Assembly (NCBI GenBank): GCA_050949045.1
Contig: JBMNEZ010000001.1
Span: 288,001 to 352,000, forward strand
DNA length: 64,000 nt
DNA from: Candidatus Izemoplasmatales bacterium
Lineage (GTDB): Bacteria; Bacillota_I; Bacilli_A; Izemoplasmatales; Hujiaoplasmataceae
Direction: 5' to 3'
The notes beneath the pieces were generated by a model. That model saw only the letters and a list, made by a program, of their open reading frames with translations. It searched no databases and was not told the origin of the DNA. Both the position numbers and the translations under genes were made by a program. Position 1 is the first letter of the stretch; each line of letters starts with the position of its first letter. Shown here in pieces: positions 29,266 through 38,403 of the stretch.

Positions 29266-29528
29266 TCGAGTATAAGTATAGGATCATTTACCGGAACGGT
29301 TTGCATGCCCGCCCAGCGACGACACTTGTCAGCAAGGCCAACAGTTTTGCATCGGAGATAGTCATTGAATACGACTACCGGCGGGTGAATCTAAAATCAA
29401 TCATGGGTGTTCTTTCGCTCGGGATTCCCTGTAACAAATCATTCAAGATTATTTTCAAAGGCCCCGACGAGGAAGAAGCTTTCAAGGCAATCTCAAAGGT
29501 ACTGGCCGACATCAATGCTCTGCCTTGA
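29262..29528 (+). CDS. ptsH: HPr family phosphocarrier protein
   Basis: GLHARPA (His15) and NLKSIMGVLSL (Ser46). Confidence 0.9.
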   Translation: MIEYKYRIIYRNGLHARPATTLVSKANSFASEIVIEYDYRRVNLKSIMGVLSLGIPCNKSFKIIFKGPDEEEAFKAISKVLADINALP

Positions 29529-29558
29529 CATCTTTGATTTGAACCATCAAGTGATGGT

Positions 29559-30557
29559 TCATTTTTTTCTTCCGAGCCCGATTCTCTGTTTACATTTCTC
29601 GACTTTGCGGCTGGCGATCAGGCTTGCGGAGCCCTTTCCTTGATCGAGAAGAAAATCCAGTTCTTGTGAGCCAAAGACGTCATAGAAGCGTGTCTGGATA
29701 GGGATAATGGTGCCGGCGACGATATCCGCCAAATCTTCTTTGAACCCCTGATAGCCCTTGCCTACGTATCTGGCGACGATTTGATCGACGGCTTCGCCGG
29801 TGAGGGCGGAATAGATCGTCAGAAGATTGGCAACGCCCGGTTGCCTGGTGGGATCATAGGCCACGTTTCCGAGGGAATCCGTGACTGCCGAACGGATTTT
29901 TTTCTTAATCACATTCTCTTCATCCAACAGGCTGATGTAACCTTTGTCCGATTCGTCTGACTTGCTCATTTTCTTGTCCGGGTTTTGTAAATCCATGATT
30001 CTCGCGCCGACTTTTGGAATCAAAGGGGCGGGAACCTTGAAAAATTCGCCGTAGCGATTGTTAAAACGAACGGCGATATCGCGGGTCAACTCGAGGTGCT
30101 GTTTCTGGTCTTCTCCGACCGGAACGTAGTCGGCGTCGTAGAGCAGGATATCGGCCGCCATCAAAGCGGGGTAGGTAAAGAGCGAAGCGGTGATCCCGGC
30201 AGTCTGTTTCTTGCTTTTGTCCTTGAACTGCGTCATCCGCTCGAGTTCTCCCATGTAGGTATGGCATTGCAAAAGATAGCCGAGTTCGGCATGCTCTTTG
30301 ATCTCGGACTGGATGAACAGGGTCGTCCGGTCCAGATCAATCCCGCTTGCGACATACATCGCTGCGACTTGGCGAATCTTTTTCCGCAAAATTTTGGGAT
30401 CCTGTTCGACCGTGATGGCGTGAAGATCGGCCACAAACAGAAAAAACTCGGCATCGGCGTGGCCCTTTTGCAGTTCGACGAACTGTTTGATAGCGCCGAT
30501 GTAGTTGCCAAGCGTCAGTGTTCCCGATGGTTGGATGCCTGAGAGTATTCTAGTCAT
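29559..30557 (-). CDS. trpS: Tryptophanyl-tRNA synthetase
   Basis: SGIQPSGTLTLGNY, YPALMAADIL, VPVGEDQKQH, KMSKS. Confidence 0.97.
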   Translation of the reverse strand: MTRILSGIQPSGTLTLGNYIGAIKQFVELQKGHADAEFFLFVADLHAITVEQDPKILRKKIRQVAAMYVASGIDLDRTTLFIQSEIKEHAELGYLLQCHTYMGELERMTQFKDKSKKQTAGITASLFTYPALMAADILLYDADYVPVGEDQKQHLELTRDIAVRFNNRYGEFFKVPAPLIPKVGARIMDLQNPDKKMSKSDESDKGYISLLDEENVIKKKIRSAVTDSLGNVAYDPTRQPGVANLLTIYSALTGEAVDQIVARYVGKGYQGFKEDLADIVAGTIIPIQTRFYDVFGSQELDFLLDQGKGSASLIASRKVEKCKQRIGLGRKK

Positions 30558-30572
30558 GTTTTTCTCCTTTAA

Positions 30573-30775
30573 ACAAAAATCGCCCTGTAAAAAGGACGAT
30601 TGATCGCGGTGCCACCTTTGTTCCGGAATGATCCGGCTCTCAACCCCTTAACGCGGGGAACGGATGCGATTAACATCACTCATTGGTCCATTCGGCCCCG
30701 GTCAGTTCTTGTTCACACCAGCCACAAGATCGCTTTGAAAGACGATGGGGATTACTATTCCAAGTCAACGTTTTC
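30573..30775 (-). promoter_or_regulatory. T-box riboswitch (Trp) upstream of trpS
   Basis: Minus strand has GGUGUGA distal loop, GAA-UGG-A specifier (30688-30690), AAGGUGGCACCGCG T-box and a terminator aucgucc..gggcgauuuuu. Confidence 0.92.
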
Positions 30776-30866
30776 TTTATTGTATCACGGGTTATTGGAG
30801 AAAGCAACTGCATTTTGGCTAATGAAAATAGCAACTTTTATTCATAAAATGCGGATTATAGTGGAA

Positions 30867-32630
30867 CTATTGTTTCAAAACCGTCTCCAACTGGTCGACT
30901 AGTTCTTGCATTCGTTTGACGACGGCAACGAAAGGTTCCTCGTTGGTGAGGTCGACGCCGGCTTTGATCAGTTGGTTGACGGGGAAGTCGCTGCCGCCGG
31001 AACCAAGCAAGCCCTGATAGCGGTCAAAGGCTCCCGGGATGTTGTTTTTGACGTCTTCGTACAATTTGAGAGACGCCGCGAAACTAGTGGAATACTGATA
31101 AACGTAATACGGGGTGTAGAAGAAATGGGGGATATATGCCCAGACGTATTGTTTGAAGACTTCCTTGGTGATGTCGATATCGTAGAACTCCAAGTAGAGG
31201 TCGATCATGATCTTGGAGAGGCTGTCGGCGGTGACCGGCTGGCCGGTTTCGATCAGCTTGTGGGCTTCGAGTTCGTAGATGGCAAAGAGGGTCTGCCGGT
31301 AGAAGGTAGCCATGATATCATCGATCGCCCGCTGCAAGAGCATGATTTTTTCTTCTTTTGAGGCTTTGCTTTCCTTGATGAAATAGTCGAGCAGATTGTG
31401 CTCGTTGAAAGTCGAGGCGACCTCAGCGACGAAAATCGTATAGTCTTGAAGAACCGCAGGTTGGTTTTCAAGGGCATAGAGGGAGTGCATCGAGTGTCCG
31501 GCTTCGTGGGCGAGAGTGAAGACGTCGGCGAGTGTTTTCGAATAGTTTAAAAGGATAAACGGATGGAGATCGGGCATCGAAGAAGAGTAGGCGCCGGTGC
31601 GTTTGCCGGGAGCTTCATAGACATCGACAAAACCGTCCTTAGTCGCGCTTCTTGCTTTTTTCTGGAATGATTCGGGGAAGTTTTTGATCGAAGAGTAGAA
31701 CAAATCTTTGGCGTCGGCGTACTCGTATTCGCGGTCCGAGCGCGCAAGTTCGAGAAAACGGTCGTAGGTGTGGAGTTCTTGAAGCTTTAGTGCTTCCTTA
31801 CGCAATTTCAGATATTTTTTGATCGGCGCGGTGTTTTTTCTCGCGACATTCGCCAGATTATGATAGACCGAAGTCGGGATTTGATTTTCGAACAAATAGC
31901 TTTCCAGACAGGACCCATAATTTCGGGCTTTCATCAGCGAGTAGTCGGCCTCGAGCACAGTTTTATAGATGTTGGCGTAAGTGTGCTTATGCACTTCGTA
32001 ATAGGAGAAGACAGCTTCAAAGATGTCCTTGCGTTCCTCGGGAGATTTGCTTTTCTGGATGAAAGCGCGGTAGTTGGAATTGCTTATTTGGACGATTTCT
32101 CCCGAGTCGAGCATCACGTCCTGATTCTCGATATCGGCGACGGAAAGCGAACTGTACAGTTCCGATCCGGTGCGGAACAAACGATTGAAGTTAGCGATCA
32201 GCGCTTCTGATTTGTCGTCGAGAATGTGTTCTTGGCGGAGAAACAACTTTTCGAAATTAAACTTGAAATCTCTGATCTCAGGGTTGTTTTCGACGAAGGC
32301 CAGAACCTTTTCCTTGCCGAGGGCAATCAATTCAGGTTCTTCAAAGGAAGTTGCCTGGTGGAGTTTGCTGTAGGCGATCTGGACAAGTTGCAGGCGGCTG
32401 GCGTTCTCGGTGTCTTTTTTGTTCAGATCACTTTTCAGCATCGCGTACTGATAGACGCGGAGGCCGATTTTCTGGAACTCTTTCTGAAGGGTGAAATATT
32501 GTTTGAATTCTTCTTCGTTGTGCAGTTTGCCTTTGTATGTTGCGAGCGCTTCAATGATTGAAAGCGTCTGTTTATAGGCATCCTCGTAGGCTTCAATGGT
32601 GGGAAACAGATAAGTTAGATCCCATTTCAT
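30867..32630 (-). CDS. pepF: Oligoendopeptidase F
   Basis: MKWDL, GKRTGAYS, TLAHEAGHSMHS, AEVASTFNE, IPHFFY..YYVYQY. Confidence 0.95.
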   Translation of the reverse strand: MKWDLTYLFPTIEAYEDAYKQTLSIIEALATYKGKLHNEEEFKQYFTLQKEFQKIGLRVYQYAMLKSDLNKKDTENASRLQLVQIAYSKLHQATSFEEPELIALGKEKVLAFVENNPEIRDFKFNFEKLFLRQEHILDDKSEALIANFNRLFRTGSELYSSLSVADIENQDVMLDSGEIVQISNSNYRAFIQKSKSPEERKDIFEAVFSYYEVHKHTYANIYKTVLEADYSLMKARNYGSCLESYLFENQIPTSVYHNLANVARKNTAPIKKYLKLRKEALKLQELHTYDRFLELARSDREYEYADAKDLFYSSIKNFPESFQKKARSATKDGFVDVYEAPGKRTGAYSSSMPDLHPFILLNYSKTLADVFTLAHEAGHSMHSLYALENQPAVLQDYTIFVAEVASTFNEHNLLDYFIKESKASKEEKIMLLQRAIDDIMATFYRQTLFAIYELEAHKLIETGQPVTADSLSKIMIDLYLEFYDIDITKEVFKQYVWAYIPHFFYTPYYVYQYSTSFAASLKLYEDVKNNIPGAFDRYQGLLGSGGSDFPVNQLIKAGVDLTNEEPFVAVVKRMQELVDQLETVLKQ

Positions 32631-32741
32631 AGTTGTATTTCCTCCTTGATGTTTATATATTTATTATACCATCTTCTGGGAATCTGATTACAAAACTGTG
32701 AGAATATGCTATAATATTTGTCGCGAAAGTGAGGTCAGGCC

Positions 32742-33176
32742 ATGATTACCCTATACACCAGTTCTAGTTGTTCTTCTTGTCGCAAGGCTAAGCGCTGGCT
32801 TGAAGATCACCAGATCCCCTTTAAGGAAAAGAACATCATTGGGATTCGCTTGACCCGGGATGACATCATCAAGATGCTAAAATACTCGGAGAACGGCTTC
32901 GAGGACATCATCTCCACCAGATCGAAAGTCTTCAAGGAAAGAAACCTTGATGTCGACGAGATGCGTTTTGGCGAGCTGGCGGATTTTATCATCGACAACC
33001 CAACGATCCTCAAACGGCCGATCATCATCAATGACAAAATCATGCAGACGGGATACAACGAGGACGAGATCCGTGCCTTTATTCCTAGGCATTTCCGCGA
33101 TGAAATCATGTGTTCCGGATGCGATGACGACTGTGAGTATAAGCGTTGCCTCCAAAAAGGTTTGGTCAAAAACTAG
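32742..33176 (+). CDS. spx: Spx-family transcriptional regulator with a Cys-rich C-terminal tail
   Basis: MITLYTSSSCSSCRKAKRWL, IISTRSK, ILKRPII, GYNEDEIRAFIPR. Confidence 0.9.
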   Translation: MITLYTSSSCSSCRKAKRWLEDHQIPFKEKNIIGIRLTRDDIIKMLKYSENGFEDIISTRSKVFKERNLDVDEMRFGELADFIIDNPTILKRPIIINDKIMQTGYNEDEIRAFIPRHFRDEIMCSGCDDDCEYKRCLQKGLVKN

Positions 33177-33198
33177 TACAAGAATCACAAAATATTTT

Positions 33199-33225
33199 GC
33201 ATCCGCTTGAAAGCGGATGCTTTTC
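33199..33225 (+). terminator. Intrinsic terminator after spx
   Basis: gcatccgctt-ga-aagcggatgc followed by tttt. Confidence 0.85.
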
Positions 33226-33266
33226 ATTATTGATTGTTGTTTGTCCGCTTAGGGATTGAATGGTTC

Positions 33267-33321
33267 TGTAAGCGTTTTAATCGATTGATTTCTTGTAAAT
33301 TACCGATAAATAGGGTAAAAT
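33267..33321 (+). promoter_or_regulatory. gap promoter with an upstream cre-like (LacI/CcpA-type) site
   Basis: TGTAAGCGTTTTAA at 33267-33280. TTGTAA (33293), 17 bp, TAAAAT (33316). Confidence 0.55.
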
Positions 33322-33358
33322 ATAAATGCATGAAAATTAACTATCGGAGGTAAATATA

Positions 33359-34369
33359 ATGGCATTAAAAGTAGCAATCAATGGTTTTGGCCGCATTGGC
33401 AGACTCGCATTCAGAGAAATGTTCGGCAATCCCGATTTCCAGATCGTCGGTATCAACGATTTGACAGATGCGAGGCAACTAGCTTATCTGCTCCGTTATG
33501 ACAGTTCCCAAGGCAGATACGAACGCAAAATCTCCCACAGTGAAAACGAACTGGTGGTTGACGGAGTTAAAATTCCGGTCTTTGCCCAGAAAAACCCGCA
33601 AGACTTGCCCTGGAAAGAACTCAAAGTGGATGTCGTTTTGGAATGCACGGGCATCTTCGTTTCAAGGGAAAAAGCCACGTGGCATCTCGATGCCGGCGCA
33701 AAGCGTGTCATCATCAGCGCTCCCGCCAAGGACAAAGACGTTCCGACGGTCGTCTATGGCGTCAACGAAAAATCACTTACCGGCAAGGAAACGATCATCT
33801 CCGCTGCTTCCTGCACCACCAACTGCTTAGCGCCGATCGCCAAGATTTTGCATGAGAATTTCGGCATCGTCAGGGGTTTTATGACAACTGTCCATGCCTA
33901 CACCAATGACCAAGCGACTTTGGACATCCCCCACTCAAAGGGAATTGATTCCCGTCGGGGAAGAGCCGCAGCCGCGAACATCGTACCGACTACTACCGGA
34001 GCTGCCAAAGCGGTAGCCTTGGTGCTCCCTGATCTCAAAGGCAAACTCGATGGCATCGCCCTTAGAGTTCCTGTCATCACCGGCTCGGTCGTGGACTTGG
34101 TGTTTGAACCGGCAAAAAATGTGACCGTTGATGAAATCAACCAAGCGGTCAAGAACGCCGCATCCGATGTCGTTGGCTACACCGAAGATCCGATTGTCTC
34201 AAGCGATGTCATCGGTACCAGTTATGGCACGCTGTTCGATGCTCAGAGTACAAAAATTCTCGAAGACAACGGCAAGCAACTGGTTAAAATCATCAGTTGG
34301 TATGATAACGAATATGGTTTCACCGCGCAAATGATCCGGACACTCAAACATTTTGGAAAATTGATCTAG
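33359..34369 (+). CDS. gap: Glyceraldehyde-3-phosphate dehydrogenase
   Basis: AINGFGRIGR, ASCTTNCL, SWYDNE. Confidence 0.98.
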   Translation: MALKVAINGFGRIGRLAFREMFGNPDFQIVGINDLTDARQLAYLLRYDSSQGRYERKISHSENELVVDGVKIPVFAQKNPQDLPWKELKVDVVLECTGIFVSREKATWHLDAGAKRVIISAPAKDKDVPTVVYGVNEKSLTGKETIISAASCTTNCLAPIAKILHENFGIVRGFMTTVHAYTNDQATLDIPHSKGIDSRRGRAAAANIVPTTTGAAKAVALVLPDLKGKLDGIALRVPVITGSVVDLVFEPAKNVTVDEINQAVKNAASDVVGYTEDPIVSSDVIGTSYGTLFDAQSTKILEDNGKQLVKIISWYDNEYGFTAQMIRTLKHFGKLI

Positions 34370-34373
34370 TCTC

Positions 34374-34399
34374 AAAGCATCCTCAGGGATGCTTTTTTT
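34374..34399 (+). terminator. Intrinsic terminator after gap
   Basis: aaagcatcc-tcag-ggatgcttt followed by a T-tract. Confidence 0.85.
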
Positions 34400-34609
34400 C
34401 TTCAGGGATGTGATCTGCCTAGTATTTGTGGACAATCTTCTGACGGTGTTTTCGAGATTCAAAACCATCCGCTCAATGTTTCTTGTTGTTATCATCATCG
34501 CCTGAAGAAACTAGATAATTGAAAATAATCCAAAGAGAAAAACACGGATTTAGTGCTCTTTTTTCACCCATATGATATAATAAGCGAAAAGATGAGAGAG
34601 GTGAAAGCC

Positions 34610-35881
34610 ATGAACAAGGAATCATTCATCGCCAACCGCCAAGCCTTCATCGACAAAATGACGGCACCTTCGTTCGCTTTGTTTTTTTCGGGTTCCGCCC
34701 CGGAAAAGTCAAACGATCAACGCTATCCTTTCATATGCGATCGGAATTTCTATTATCTTACTGGAATTATGCGTGAGAATTTCACCCTTCTCCTCGTGAA
34801 AGGTGCGAAGTTGGAAAGGTCTTTTCTTTTTATCGAAGAGCCGAGCGACTACGCTACCAAATGGCTGGGTAAGCGGATGACGGCGAGCGAGGCCGCCGAA
34901 CTTTCGGGAATCGCTGAGACGGATATCAAGTTAAATCAGGAGTTTGATGATTATCTCCATCAGGCGGTGCTGTCAGATTCGCGCAGAGCGCTGATCGAGC
35001 TGCCGAGCTTCCTTTATCTTGATCTTTATCGAGCCAAGCCTTACAAGGTCGCGAAAAGCCTCGAAGTGACCGCTAACCTTCGAAAAGCCTATCCGGAAAT
35101 CGTCGTCAGAAACGCCAACGACATCGCCTACTGGCTTAGGTCAATCAAAAGCGACAGAGAAGTCAGGATGATCGAACAAGCAATCGCTTATACGAAAATT
35201 GGCATCGAGGCCATAATGGCCAACGCCAAGGCCGGAGTCAACGAAAGGCAATTAGATGCCTTGTTCGACTTTACGATCAGGGTCAATGGTAGCGATGGCA
35301 CAGCTTTCAACACGATCGTTGCCTCCGGTAAGAACGCGACCATTCTTCATTACGAGCAAAACGACCGTAATATAAAAGATAATGATCTAGTCCTCATCGA
35401 CCTCGGGGCCCTTTCCGGGCCGTACGCAGCCGATATTACCAGGACCTTCCCGGTTAACGGAAAGTTCACGGAAAGGCAAAAGGAAATCTACAGTCTCGTT
35501 CTCGATGTCAATAAAAAGACGATCGCAATGGTGAAACCGGGACTGACTGTCCCCGAACTGAACAAGTTCGCAAGCGACGAGCTCGCCAAAGGGCTGTTAA
35601 AACTAGGCCTCATCAAGGATGTTTCCGAAATTGGCAAGTACTATTATCATACGGTCAGCCATTATCTCGGACTTGATGTCCATGATGTCGGTACCTATCA
35701 GCGCCCGCTTGAAGCAGGCATGGTGATCACCGTTGAACCCGGTATTTACATTGAAGATGAAGGGATCGGTATCCGCATCGAAGACGATGTTCTCGTGACG
35801 GAAAAGGGACACAGAAACTTAAGCGAGACTATCGTCAAGGAAATCGCCGCGATCGAGGAACTGATGGCTTTAAACCCCTAG
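34610..35881 (+). CDS. pepP: Xaa-Pro aminopeptidase (M24)
   Basis: DRNFYYLTG, ILHY, DLGA..ADITRT, HYLGLDVHD, TVEPGIY, GIRIEDD. Confidence 0.92.
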   Translation: MNKESFIANRQAFIDKMTAPSFALFFSGSAPEKSNDQRYPFICDRNFYYLTGIMRENFTLLLVKGAKLERSFLFIEEPSDYATKWLGKRMTASEAAELSGIAETDIKLNQEFDDYLHQAVLSDSRRALIELPSFLYLDLYRAKPYKVAKSLEVTANLRKAYPEIVVRNANDIAYWLRSIKSDREVRMIEQAIAYTKIGIEAIMANAKAGVNERQLDALFDFTIRVNGSDGTAFNTIVASGKNATILHYEQNDRNIKDNDLVLIDLGALSGPYAADITRTFPVNGKFTERQKEIYSLVLDVNKKTIAMVKPGLTVPELNKFASDELAKGLLKLGLIKDVSEIGKYYYHTVSHYLGLDVHDVGTYQRPLEAGMVITVEPGIYIEDEGIGIRIEDDVLVTEKGHRNLSETIVKEIAAIEELMALNP

Positions 35882-35891
35882 GCATTGCTCT

Positions 35892-38126
35892 ATGACCTAT
35901 ATCGAAGGCACGATCAAGAATCATCTATTCTATAACGAGGAGAGTTCTTACTCGGTTTTGAGGCTGGAAATTCTCGATACCGATGACAAGGAGATCATCA
36001 GATATGAACCCACAATCATCGTTTGTGGGTTTTTTCCGCGTTTGGATCAGCACAAGACCTACCGCTTTTACGGTGAGGTGAAGGAACACCCCAAATACGG
36101 GATTCAATACCAGGCAACCCGTTTTGAAAGCGTTGTTGAACAGACGACATCCGGGCTTGTGGAATATCTGGCTTCCGATCTCTTCAAAGGGGTTGGCCCC
36201 AAACTCGCCCAGGCGATCGTCGATCAACTGGGCAATACCGCCCTCGAGAAGATCGCCAATGACAAGCATGTTTTGGATACCATCCCCCGGCTCGGAGCCA
36301 AGAAACGCGACCAGATCCAGAAGACGATCATCGAGAATCGGGCGGCGGAAAAAGCGATGGTCTGGCTCTTTGGTTTTCAGATTTCTCCGAAGATGGCCAT
36401 CAAGATCTACGACCGCTTTGGTTTCGCCGCTATCGAGATTGTCAAGGAAAACCCTTATGTATTGATGGATACGATTGAGATGGTCGGTTTCAAAAGGGCC
36501 GATGAGATTGCGTTTCGGATCGGGTTTTCCTACGATCACCCCTATCGGATCAGGGCGGTGATCCTCTATCTTTTGAGCGAATACATGAACAAGTACGGAG
36601 ACACTTATGTGCCACTCGATAAAATGATCGAATACGCGCTGTCCTATCTGAACGCCGGGAGAGATCTCAGGGTGGATGAAAGCGTCATCCATAACGAATT
36701 GATGTATCTTGTGGATAGTGAGAAGATCATCGACCAAGACGGTCGCATCAGTTATCGATCGATGTATGATGCCGAACTGACGATCGCCAGGACCATTAGG
36801 GATCATTCTCGTCTGGGTGGTGAGCGGCTGTTAGAAACCGATGTCGAGGGATATCTTGACACTTTTGCGAAAGCAAGAGGAATCGTTTACACAAACAAAC
36901 AGTATCTCGCAATCAAGAAAGCTCTGATGGAACATTTGGTCATCATCACCGGCGGGCCCGGAACGGGCAAGACGACGATCATCGACGGCATCGCCCACAT
37001 CTACCAGATGATGCATCCAAATGACAAGATGCTTAGCGAGAAAATCAAATTGGCAGCGCCGACGGGTAAAGCCGCCAAAAGGCTCCAAGAGGCGACCGGT
37101 CTGGAGGCGACCACCATCCATCGCTTGCTCGGATATGACTACGAGGGCAATTTCGCCTTCGGTTTGCATAACAAAATTGATGCTCGGCTGATCGTTCTCG
37201 ACGAAGTTTCGATGCTCGACACCTTGCTCTGTCACCAGTTTTTCCAAGCCTTGTCACCGAGGACAAAACTGGTCCTGGTAGGAGATGAGAACCAGTTGCC
37301 TTCGGTCGGACCGGGACAGATCCTCGCCGACTTGATCAAGGCCGATATTTTTACTCATGTTCGCCTCGATCACATCCATCGCCAGGCAACCGGTTCGAAA
37401 ATCATCTCGCTCGCCTACGATGTCTTGGATCAAAATGCCGCCAACCTCGATTATTCGCTTTCTGGCGATGTCCTCTTTGAACCTTCGAGAGATACTTTGA
37501 TCGCGGATTGCATTTTGAAAAATGTCAAGGAAGCCATTGATGAGGGCTATAATCTTCATGAGGACATCCAGGTTGTCGTTCCCGTGTATAAGGGCATCAA
37601 TGGCATCGACCGCCTCAATACTTTGATGCAAGAACGTTTCAATCACCACCATCAAGCCCATAAGATCAGCCACGGCGAGAAGTGTTTCTACTTCAACGAT
37701 AAAGTGATGCAGTTGGTTAATCAGCCCGAAGACGGGATCATGAACGGCGATATCGGCATTGTCACCGGCATCATCGAAGACAAGGAACTGCTTGTCGATT
37801 TCGGAGGGAAACAAGTTAAATACAACGTGAACGACTTTGACAACCTGACGCTCGCCTACGCCATCAGCATCCACAAGTCCCAGGGCAGCGAGTTCAAGGT
37901 TGTGATTTTGCCACTGGCAAGGAGCCACCAAATGATGCTGAGACGCAAGTTGCTCTACACCGCCATCACCAGGGCGAAAGAAAAACTGGTCATGGTTGGC
38001 GAATGGGGAGCCCTCGTAAGGGGAATTCATGGCTATGACCCCGAGCGGAAGACTTGGCTCATGGAGTTTTTGTTTACTGAAGACGATCAAGGCGATCGGC
38101 ATTTCACGATCGAAGATTTTCTCTAA
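35892..38126 (+). CDS. recD2: RecD2-like ATP-dependent DNA helicase
   Basis: HPKYGIQY, KGVGPK, TGGPGTGKT, APTGKAA, GDENQLPSVG, HKSQGSE, LYTAITRAK. Confidence 0.95.
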   Translation: MTYIEGTIKNHLFYNEESSYSVLRLEILDTDDKEIIRYEPTIIVCGFFPRLDQHKTYRFYGEVKEHPKYGIQYQATRFESVVEQTTSGLVEYLASDLFKGVGPKLAQAIVDQLGNTALEKIANDKHVLDTIPRLGAKKRDQIQKTIIENRAAEKAMVWLFGFQISPKMAIKIYDRFGFAAIEIVKENPYVLMDTIEMVGFKRADEIAFRIGFSYDHPYRIRAVILYLLSEYMNKYGDTYVPLDKMIEYALSYLNAGRDLRVDESVIHNELMYLVDSEKIIDQDGRISYRSMYDAELTIARTIRDHSRLGGERLLETDVEGYLDTFAKARGIVYTNKQYLAIKKALMEHLVIITGGPGTGKTTIIDGIAHIYQMMHPNDKMLSEKIKLAAPTGKAAKRLQEATGLEATTIHRLLGYDYEGNFAFGLHNKIDARLIVLDEVSMLDTLLCHQFFQALSPRTKLVLVGDENQLPSVGPGQILADLIKADIFTHVRLDHIHRQATGSKIISLAYDVLDQNAANLDYSLSGDVLFEPSRDTLIADCILKNVKEAIDEGYNLHEDIQVVVPVYKGINGIDRLNTLMQERFNHHHQAHKISHGEKCFYFNDKVMQLVNQPEDGIMNGDIGIVTGIIEDKELLVDFGGKQVKYNVNDFDNLTLAYAISIHKSQGSEFKVVILPLARSHQMMLRRKLLYTAITRAKEKLVMVGEWGALVRGIHGYDPERKTWLMEFLFTEDDQGDRHFTIEDFL

Positions 38127-38177
38127 TTCGGTGTTTTTGATTGCATACCATCCCTTTTTGGGGTATAATGTCTGTAA

Positions 38178-38387
38178 ATCGATGCGAAAGCCAAGTAGTG
38201 CCCCCGACAGCTTTCAAGAGAGTCCGGATTTGGTGTGACCGGACAGGCCCGGCAGGTGCGAAGCTCCTTTCAAGAGATGGAAAAACCGTCCGCAGTCCGG
38301 CGTTAAAGGCATTGAGTGCTAGTTATCTAGAACAAAGGTGGTACCGCGAGCAATCGTCCTTTACTTTGAAGGATGTTTTTCTTTTTT
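38178..38387 (+). promoter_or_regulatory. T-box riboswitch (Ala) upstream of alaS
   Basis: AGAGAG box, GGUGUGA, GAA-GCU specifier (38263-38265), AAGGUGGUACCGCG, terminator cguccuu..aaggaug followed by a U-tract. Confidence 0.92.
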
Positions 38388-38403
38388 GACGGAGGTAGTG
38401 AGC

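Noticed and set aside
35925..38102. Long minus-strand ORFs (293, 138 and 282 aa) opposite recD2
   Set aside because: Antisense shadows of a well-conserved gene, with no motifs
38141..38389. 82-aa ORF before alaS (and the 100-aa ORF at 30600-30902)
   Set aside because: Both coincide with T-box leaders
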